From positions 56,961 through 105,269 of the forward strand of contig BLSG01000009.1 in assembly GCA_012862495.1 (NCBI GenBank): a stretch of DNA of 48,309 bases, in the 5' to 3' direction. How positions within the stretch are numbered: the first letter of the stretch is position 1; each line of letters begins with the position of its first letter. The notes under the pieces were generated by a model, which worked only from the letters and a program-made list of their open reading frames with translations, did no database searches and was not told where the DNA came from. This document shows, piece by piece, positions 1 through 8,165 of the stretch. Both the position numbers and the translations under genes were made by a program. Origin of the DNA: Thraustochytrium aureum (taxonomy: Eukaryota).

Positions 1-213
1 TTCGACCTCGTTGCAGCTTGGCGTTCAATCGACGAATTGCGAATAGAGGATTCGTTCATTGCAGGCAGGCTGTGGAGTACTTGAAGGGCGAGTTGCAATG
101 GCAATCGCACAGCGCGCGTGGGTGGCGCGGCCCAGCGACGGACCGTTGAGTTCGCGGGATAGCTGGCGAGGGAGTGGGGCCGTTTGGCGCCGGAAGAAGA
201 AAGACTCTTGTTG

Positions 214-307
214 TTGTGATCGGCTTGCGTCACTGGGGCCGCCGCTGCTTGATCACTTTCTTCTTGTGATCGGATTGCGCCGCTTTTGCAGCCGCTGCTG
301 ATCACTT
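214..307. repeat. Imperfect tandem duplication, period ~50 nt
   Basis: ttgtgatcggcttgcgtcactggggccgccgctgcttgatcactt (214-258) versus ttgtgatcggattgcgccgcttttgcagccgctgctgatcactt (264-307). Confidence 0.6.
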
Positions 308-1812
308 GGAGGCCGCGCCTTTCGTCTGTCGTTTCCCTAAAACGCAGCGCAGCAACACGCCAACGACACGGAGTTCTCAACACCATCAAGGCTTCAACCT
401 CTTCAAGCTTGCAACAGCCGCTGCCCGCCCTTGGCGCAAACGCACCCGATTTGCAATAGAAAGAGTGTGCACAACCGCCACCAAAGATCACACAAGCACA
501 AGTCCGACTGCGTTGCGCTCGCCGCTCCTCGGCCGCTATCCACATCTGGGCAATTCTCTCACTCTCACGCCGCTATCCGTTGTATCCGTTGGATTGTACT
601 GCACGAAGCATGAGCCACGACGGCGCGACGCGGCCCGGAGGAGTTAGTTGCTCCTGCTTCGGCTCCCCTGGCCCGTTTGGGAGAGTAGCGGCTTGGAAAC
701 ATTGTGGCTGTTGCGATGATCTCGCTTGCGAGATTTGCCCTCCTCGCCTCCTGCGGCGCCAGCGAAGGGGCACTTGGCGCGGGATGTGCTGCCAACGGTG
801 GACGCGGCCGGCCGACACACAGCGACTCGACAGCGACGGACTTGTGCATGGGAGGCCCGCACCGAGCGGCTGACCACCGCGCCGTGCACCAGCGATGGGC
901 GCTGGTTTCGCTGACTGAGATATGAGGACGAGGAAATGGATTCTTCCGTTTTCTGGCCGAGGCGAAACGGACCTGCCTGTTAGTCCAGTTTGCATCGGCG
1001 TGCTCCTGCTCGATTTGGCGTGGCTTGGCCACCGTTCGTCTTGGTCGCCTGCATCGGTCTCGCGCCGCGGAGCAAGCCGCTTGGCCATGTCCCGTGTGCG
1101 AGCTTTCGCGGCTCGCTCACCTAGAACTCGCTGCCCTTGGGCTGCGATGCGTTGGAGTGCCCCCGCGGAAGCAAAACGACACTTTCGAGTGAGAGGCAAG
1201 GCGAAAGCGCAAAGCCTCTGCCGTCGCGCGCAACTGCCTGTCTCGGGAGGGATTGGAAGAATGCCAAACAGCGGACAACGCGAGAACAAGCAAGTCGACT
1301 TGCGGTTGGAGCTCCTCTGCCACGCACATTTTTCTCACAATTCAGGTGAGAATGCGGTTGAACACGCGCTGCGCTCGCCTCTGCTCTGGTCGCACAGTGG
1401 TATAGAGTGTGCAGCGCGGCGGCTCCGCGGCAGCGGGCGGTGAAGTTGTGCGCCTTGTCCAGGCGCGGCGTGTGTAGCGCGGTGCGAAAGGCAACAATTG
1501 GGTACGTCCCAACGGACATGCTCACTAAGAACAAGGTGGCGCGGCTCCATGTCATGTATGAGGTTGGCGGCGCGCCGCACCGGAGCTAAGCACAGCTCGG
1601 AATTCGGGTGCGGCGAACCAGACCTCGTGCCCAAGCGGCAGCGCTTGCCGGCCTGACAGATCCGGCAGACCCCCAAAGCAATCGAGCAACTCTAGCAACT
1701 CCAAGCAATAGCAGCAGCAGAAGCAGCAGCAGTCGCCAGCCAACCGCTTCCTGCAGCAGCTCAGCCTCTCCGCTCACCCGTAGCAGCCAACTCGGTCAAG
1801 TAAGCAAGCAAA

Positions 1813-2118
1813 ATGGGCGGCGCCGTCAGCGTTTCGAGCACCCCGGAGATGGAGGCGGTCAAGCCCGTCGTCAAGGCGCACGTCGACGGCGTTGACGCTG
1901 GCACCAAGATCCACAAGAGCGACCTCGCCAAGAAGATTGCCGCCGACGAGGGCAACGACCTCGACGAGGAGAAGGCGATGGAGCTCGTGGGCCAGGCTTA
2001 CGGCGATGCCGACGAGCTCGACAAGGAGGCCATCGACGGCTGGTTCGCCCCGGTCGTCGTTGAGAACGACACCATGAAGCCCGAGGAGGCCGCGTCCACG
2101 GAGGAGAAGCCCGAGGAG
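1813..2118 (+). CDS. Small acidic hypothetical protein with N-myristoylation motif (3' end lost in gap 2119-2438)
   Basis: ATG in a caaaATGG context; strong GC3 codon bias; MGGAVS start (Gly2, Ser6); D/E/K-rich. The sequence turns into PEE repeats just before the N gap. Confidence 0.7.
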
Positions 2119-2701
2119 NNNNNNNNNNNNNNNNNNNNNNNNNNNNNNNNNNNNNNNNNNNNNNNNNNNNNNNNNNNNNNNNNNNNNNNNNNNNNNNNNN
2201 NNNNNNNNNNNNNNNNNNNNNNNNNNNNNNNNNNNNNNNNNNNNNNNNNNNNNNNNNNNNNNNNNNNNNNNNNNNNNNNNNNNNNNNNNNNNNNNNNNNN
2301 NNNNNNNNNNNNNNNNNNNNNNNNNNNNNNNNNNNNNNNNNNNNNNNNNNNNNNNNNNNNNNNNNNNNNNNNNNNNNNNNNNNNNNNNNNNNNNNNNNNN
2401 NNNNNNNNNNNNNNNNNNNNNNNNNNNNNNNNNNNNNNGTTTGTTGTCAGCGGACGGGCGCATGCGACACAGCGCCAGCACGAACCGTCTCTTAGAGGCA
2501 GCCGCTGGACCCTGTGACTGCTGCGCGCCGCGTGAGCGCCCACAGTACTATAGGTCTTAGTAGACCACTCCGCCCTGTATCCTAGTTAAGTGCACAACTG
2601 AGCTTCCCTGTGTCTCCTCACTCGCCTCGCCTAGCATCGCCTCCGCCACCCGGGCTGGGTCGTTCTTGCTGCGCCAAAGCGATGAGCAAGACAAACGTCG
2701 A

Positions 2702-2827
2702 GCAAGGCGCGGGCCATTACGAGGAGCAGCTGAAGTCGAGAAAAGCGAAGGTGAAGGTGGGGTTGTTATCTTGGTCAATAGGTGCAAAACCGTGCAAGGC
2801 GCGGGCCACTACGAGGAGCAGCTGAAG
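2702..2827. repeat. 34-bp direct repeat (2702-2735, 2794-2827) duplicating the last SelO codons, the stop and the start of the 3' UTR
   Basis: gcaaggcgcgggcca[t/c]tacgaggagcagctgaag, 33/34 identical, 58-nt spacer. Confidence 0.9.
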
Positions 2828-3851
2828 AATGCCACGCCCGCGCGCCGCCGAAGATCCGGGGGCGTCGTGCGGTAAAAGTCCTCCTCCAAGTCTTTGTGCT
2901 CTGCATACGGTGTTGCAAACAGCCCCTTGAGAACCTCGAGGACAGAGTAGTCTTGCTTCTTCGCAGCCTCGTAAGCCTGGACCAGCATCCACTCACGAGG
3001 TATGTACTTTGGGTTGGCAGCCTTCATGACCGCCTGGCGCTCCTCGTCCGAAGCTGCGTCTTCGTCCAGGCAAGCTCTCCACTTGCGCAGCCACGCGCAC
3101 AGAGCATCGCGCCGCGCAGGGCTTGCTGCTTCCTCCGCGTCGTAGACGGCGCGCGCGACAAGAGCGGCGAGCTGCTCATCGTCGTCCGTATCCAGCGCAG
3201 CGCGCGGCGCGCCGGAGAGCTCGCGCCAGAACAGAGTGTAGTCGAGGCCGGGCAGAATCTTGAACAGAGGCTCCCAGAGCTCCTCGTCCATGCCCTCGGC
3301 CCACTCTGAGAGGCCCAACTTGCGCCGGCGCATCTCGCTGCGCTCCTTGACCAGCATCTCGGAGAACTCCTCCTGCACGAGTCGCTTGCACTGTCCGACG
3401 AGCTCCTCGTCGCCGTCGAGGAGCGGGAGGATGGCCTGCGCAAGCGTGGCCACGTTGATGTGCATGGCCAGTGGCTGGCGCTCAAAGCCGAACTTGCGGT
3501 CCGGGTCGCTCGTGAACGGCGTCCAGAGCGGCGAGTAGCGCTCCACAAAGCCGAAGGGCCCATAGTCCATGGTGAGGCCGGCCAGCAGGCAGTTGTCCGA
3601 GTTCATGTTGCCCTGAACATAGCCGCGCGCAGCCAGCCCTGGACAAGCGCTGCGTGCCGGCGGGCAAACTCGCGCAGCATGCCAACAAGCGCAGGCCCCA
3701 GCGGCGCGTCTGCCGCGGGAAGCTCGACGGTCGGGAACTCGCGCTTGATGGAGTGCCGCATGAACTGGATGAATCCCGCTTTCGCCCCATCGTCGCCCCG
3801 GGCAAGGCGCCGTTCGTAAAGCTCGACCTGGCCCACGCGAAGGAACGAGCT
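2809..3851 (-). CDS. SELENOO: Protein adenylyltransferase SelO/YdiU (AMPylase pseudokinase), Cys form; 5' part in gap 3852-4842; 1-nt frameshift near 3625
   Basis: Motifs SFLRVGQVEL, WLR-x-GYVQGNMNSDN (spans the frameshift), TMDYGPFGFVERY, FERQP, DYTLFWREL, ANPKYIPREW, and a C-terminal FFSCSS followed by TAG. Confidence 0.93.
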
Positions 3852-4874
3852 NNNNNNNNNNNNNNNNNNNNNNNNNNNNNNNNNNNNNNNNNNNNNNNNN
3901 NNNNNNNNNNNNNNNNNNNNNNNNNNNNNNNNNNNNNNNNNNNNNNNNNNNNNNNNNNNNNNNNNNNNNNNNNNNNNNNNNNNNNNNNNNNNNNNNNNNN
4001 NNNNNNNNNNNNNNNNNNNNNNNNNNNNNNNNNNNNNNNNNNNNNNNNNNNNNNNNNNNNNNNNNNNNNNNNNNNNNNNNNNNNNNNNNNNNNNNNNNNN
4101 NNNNNNNNNNNNNNNNNNNNNNNNNNNNNNNNNNNNNNNNNNNNNNNNNNNNNNNNNNNNNNNNNNNNNNNNNNNNNNNNNNNNNNNNNNNNNNNNNNNN
4201 NNNNNNNNNNNNNNNNNNNNNNNNNNNNNNNNNNNNNNNNNNNNNNNNNNNNNNNNNNNNNNNNNNNNNNNNNNNNNNNNNNNNNNNNNNNNNNNNNNNN
4301 NNNNNNNNNNNNNNNNNNNNNNNNNNNNNNNNNNNNNNNNNNNNNNNNNNNNNNNNNNNNNNNNNNNNNNNNNNNNNNNNNNNNNNNNNNNNNNNNNNNN
4401 NNNNNNNNNNNNNNNNNNNNNNNNNNNNNNNNNNNNNNNNNNNNNNNNNNNNNNNNNNNNNNNNNNNNNNNNNNNNNNNNNNNNNNNNNNNNNNNNNNNN
4501 NNNNNNNNNNNNNNNNNNNNNNNNNNNNNNNNNNNNNNNNNNNNNNNNNNNNNNNNNNNNNNNNNNNNNNNNNNNNNNNNNNNNNNNNNNNNNNNNNNNN
4601 NNNNNNNNNNNNNNNNNNNNNNNNNNNNNNNNNNNNNNNNNNNNNNNNNNNNNNNNNNNNNNNNNNNNNNNNNNNNNNNNNNNNNNNNNNNNNNNNNNNN
4701 NNNNNNNNNNNNNNNNNNNNNNNNNNNNNNNNNNNNNNNNNNNNNNNNNNNNNNNNNNNNNNNNNNNNNNNNNNNNNNNNNNNNNNNNNNNNNNNNNNNN
4801 NNNNNNNNNNNNNNNNNNNNNNNNNNNNNNNNNNNNNNNNNNCTAGCGCCTCCAATTGCGTCTGGGCGTGCGCC

Positions 4875-4933
4875 TCCTGCTCCTGCTCCTCCTGCTCCTG
4901 CTCCTGCTCTTGCTACTGCTGCTCTTGCTGCTC
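4875..4933. repeat. (CTG/CTC)n low-complexity tract, reading (CAG/GAG)n on the SelO sense strand
   Basis: ctcctgctcctgctcctcctgctcctgctcctgctcttgctactgctgctcttgctgct. Confidence 0.85.
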
Positions 4934-5411
4934 ATGAACACGTCCTCTACGTGTTGGGTGTCTGCCGAGGTCACTTTTTCCGACCGAGCCGAAAGGGTGC
5001 GCTCTCGTTTCTCTCCTTTAACCGCACGAGGTGCGCTTGTGTTTCTCTCAATACGAGCCCACAGACCGACTCCATGAAGGCGCGTTCCTTCCTTTGTTCC
5101 GAATCCTGCGCCAAAATCTTAACGCTTTCGCAGTCTAAATGGAATTTGTAAATGCTAAAATAAGGAAAGTGATCCTGCAAACAGAGCCTCTTTGCGAGTT
5201 ATATTGGAGAGCGGACAGAGGCGTTGACGACATGACTCGATCATCGCGACGACTTCCAGACGGCTTCAGAACAGAATTCAGAACACATCAAGTTGGTCGA
5301 AGCAAGACCTTGCCCGATTGAACAAGACAAGACTGCCGCGCGACGAGCTGTGGCGAGCAGAGGTCATCAGGTGCTGTGGCGTGCATTGCTCTCGAGCGTA
5401 GGATTCTGGAA

Positions 5412-6107
5412 ATGGCCAAGCGCGCCAGGGACGACGAGGTCAACCTGTTTGACGAGGAGCTGGCTGCCAAGACGCTGCTGGGCGACCGCGAGGTGATGCT
5501 GGCCGATCTCAAGGGCAAGGCGGTGGTGGTGGTCAACGTAGCTTCGACGTGAGGCACGACGACCTCGGGGTACACGCTCATGAACAAGTTGAAAGAGCAG
5601 CACGGAGACAAACTGGAGATTCTGGCTTTCCCGTGGTAAGTGCGGCTCGGACTGGCCAGCGCTCCGCCGACGGCCGGCGCGCTGACGGTGCGGACCGCTG
5701 CGACGCGCAGCAACCAGCTTGGCTGGCAGGAATGGTTCAGCGGTGAGGAGATCACCAATGCGCTAAAGTACTGCCGCCCAGGCAAGGGCTTCGAGCCCAA
5801 GGCGATCATGATGGAGAAGGTCTGCGTCAACGGCGCCGACACTCACCCGATGATCAGACGCCTGAAGGAGGTGTTGCCCGCGCGCAACACCTCGCTCGAG
5901 TACGAATTTGCCAACCCGCACGGGACGGAGAAGAACGGCCCCTTCCAAAAGGTCCATTGGTCTCCGGCTAGCCCGAGCGACATCATCTGGAACTTTGAGT
6001 GGTTTCTTGTCGCCCCGGACGGCAAGCCGTTCAAGCGGTATCACCCGCACCCGAGCCAGCACGCCAAGCAGCTCGAGGAGGACCTTGACGAGCTGCTCGG
6101 CGCCTAG
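5412..6107 (+). CDS. GPX: Selenocysteine glutathione peroxidase; exons 5412-5635 and 5711-6107; Sec47 encoded by TGA 5550-5552; 206 aa
   Basis: MAKRARDDEVNLF...KGKAVVVVNVAST-U-GTT...LEILAFP-C-NQLGWQE...DIIWNFEWFLVAPDGKPFKRY. All three GPx signature motifs are present. The TGA is in frame at the catalytic position and splicing restores FPCNQ. Confidence 0.96.
5636..5710 (+). other. GT-AG spliceosomal intron (75 nt) in GPx
   Basis: Donor GTAAGT, branch-like GCTGAC near 5680, acceptor CGCAG. Removal joins TG+C into Cys of FPCNQ; the unspliced read hits TAA. Confidence 0.93.
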
Positions 6108-6184
6108 GCGCGCGAAGCAGGCGCATGGAGCAGTGTTGGCTGAACGGACGCGAAGCCCTTGACGCGCCTTTTTGCAGACGGACG

Positions 6185-6252
6185 CAACTGATGACGCGGC
6201 ATGGCCAAAACATCTTAGGAGGCAGTCATGCCGCTGACACCATGAGAGGTTG
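6185..6252 (+). promoter_or_regulatory. Eukaryotic SECIS element in the GPx 3' UTR
   Basis: AUGAC (6191-6195); helix II GCGGCAUGGC (6196-6205) pairs fully with GUCAUGCCGC (6225-6234, one G-U pair); apical AAAA (6207-6210); 3' UGAC (6235-6238) completes the GA quartet; CAACU/GGUUG is a possible helix I. Confidence 0.9.
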
Positions 6253-7154
6253 GGCCCGCGAGCCCGTTGTACCCAGGCGACCGGGAGTTAAACCTTTCAG
6301 CATGTGACCGTCAGCAAGAGCGCACCCTGGGCAGCGCGTCGCCCGAGCAAGTCCACGCGCTGCGCCCTGCCATCGACGGCTTTGAGCACCGNNNNNNNNN
6401 NNNNNNNNNNNNNNNNNNNNNNNNNNNNNNNNNNNNNNNNNNNNNNNNNNNNNNNNNNNNNNNNNNNNNNNNNNNNNNNNNNNNNNNNNNNNNNNNNNNN
6501 NNNNNNNNNNNNNNNNNNNNNNNNNNNNNNNNNNNNNNNNNNNNNNNNNNNNNNNNNNNNNNNNNNNNNNNNNNNNNNNNNNNNNNNNNNNNNNNNNNNN
6601 NNNNNNNNNNNNNNNNNNNNNNNNNNNNNNNNNNNNNNNNNNNNNNNNNNNNNNNNNNNNNNNNNNNNNNNNNNNNNNNNNNNNNNNNNNNNNNNNNNNN
6701 NNNNNNNNNNNNNNNNNNNNNNNNNNNNNNNNNNNNNNNNNNNNNNNNNNNNNNNNNNNNNNNNNNNNNNNNNNNNNNNNNNNNNNNNNNNNNNNNNNNN
6801 NNNNNNNNNNNNNNNNNNNNNNNNNNNNNNNNNNNNNNNNNNNNNNNNNNNNNNNNNNNNNNNNNNNNNNNNNNNNNNNNNNNNNNNNNNNNNNNNNNNN
6901 NNNNNNNNNNNNNNNNNNNNNNNNNNNNNNNNNNNNNNNNNNNNNNNNNNNNNNNNNNNNNNNNNNNNNNNNNNNNNNNNNNNNNNNNNNNNNNNNNNNN
7001 NNNNNNNNNNNNNNNNNNNNNNNNNNNNNNNNNNNNNNNNNNNNNNNNNNNNNNNNNNNNNNNNNNNNNNNNNNNNNNNNNNNNNNNNNNNNNNNNNNNN
7101 NNNNNNNNNNNNNNNNNNNNNNNNNNNNNNNNGCGGGCGCCTCGCTCGACTCAC

Positions 7155-7208
7155 GGCCAAGTGCATGGGGTCAAAGTACCCCGAGCACACCACAATCTTC
7201 TTCGACAT
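7155..7208 (-). CDS. First exon of a cytidylyltransferase-like (HxGH) nucleotidyltransferase; the rest is in gap 6392-7132
   Basis: MSKKIVVCSGYFDPMH matches the N-terminal 'GxFDPxHxGH' motif of the CTP_transf_like family (RibL/TagD-like). It is followed by a GTGAGT donor at 7154-7149. Confidence 0.65.
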
Positions 7209-7717
7209 CCTTCCTGGACCGGCGGCGCCCCCGAGAGGAGCGGGGAGCAGACCTGGAGAGGCGCGAGTCGCAAGGAGGCCGTGCGCGATCGATGCCCTTC
7301 CTGTCCCCAGCCGCCCCGCTCGCGTCCTGCTCGTCCGTCCCGCACGCGCTGCTGCGATACGTGTCTGCCGCTGCCGGCCCGAATCCTGTCACAGGGCTCC
7401 CGGCGTCACGCGACGCAGCGGGATTCTTGCGTCTTCCGATGGACGCCAGTGACGTGCGGATGTGTGATCGCGCGGCTACTGCGCCACCCAGCGTGACTTG
7501 GCGGGGTCGTGCGGAATGCCGCGATACATTGGGTGCACTCGTGACGCGGATCGGAGGGGAAACAGGGGAGGTCGTGGGAATGGGGACCAAGACGACGTGA
7601 ATGGTGTCTAATCACGCGGGATTTGGGACCCGAAATGACGTGACCCGGCGCAAGTCGACCGGCCGACATGGCGCCGGAGTTGCTGGCAAGTCCTGGTCGA
7701 GCGTTTGACGCGCGGAC

Positions 7718-7773
7718 GGATCGATGGATGGATCGATGGTGGATGGATCGATGGATCGATCGATGGATGGATG
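7718..7773. repeat. (GGAT/CGAT)n microsatellite
   Basis: ggatcgatggatggatcgatggtggatggatcgatggatcgatcgatggatggatg. Confidence 0.85.
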
Positions 7774-7876
7774 TTTGAGAGCGACGCGGGTCTTTGCCTT
7801 TCGATGCGCCCCATGCGGTTGGCGGGCTTCCACGCTCCGGGAGGCGCGACCTCCAATAGTTGGCGAACAGCTCGGA

Positions 7877-7914
7877 CTCGCAGCGCCTCGCAGCGCCTCG
7901 CAGCGCCTCGCAGC
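7877..7914. repeat. 10-bp tandem repeat (CTCGCAGCGC) x ~3.8
   Basis: ctcgcagcgcctcgcagcgcctcgcagcgcctcgcagc. Confidence 0.9.
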
Positions 7915-8165
7915 CGACGGCCTTTCGATCCGCGATGAAGCAATCGCTTCACCCGGTTGGTGGCAGGAGAATGGGATGCGATGCGGCTTTGGCGAGGCAA
8001 GGACCGAGCAACGGGCCGGCCAAGCAGGATGATGAGCAGGACGACGAAGATGAACAGATGAGTTGGGTGATTTCGCTTCTACATGTGGTATTGTATTGCT
8101 CAATGATTTGGCCTGGCGCACGCGCTGCTGCTGACAGGCCACGAGAGTCGGCTGGAAGCGTATGA

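Noticed and set aside
1261..1589. Possible small spliced gene with an IGYVP (HIRAN-like) motif
   Set aside because: A GTGAGA...CACAG intron can be drawn, but there is no convincing start, codon bias or further motif support.
2560..2808. SECIS element for SelO
   Set aside because: SelO has TGC (Cys) and ends at TAG, and I see no AUGA/AA/GA hairpin in its 3' region.
2702..2827. Mini CRISPR array (34-bp repeats with a spacer)
   Set aside because: There are only two copies, the repeat is the SelO coding end, the context is eukaryotic and there are no cas genes.
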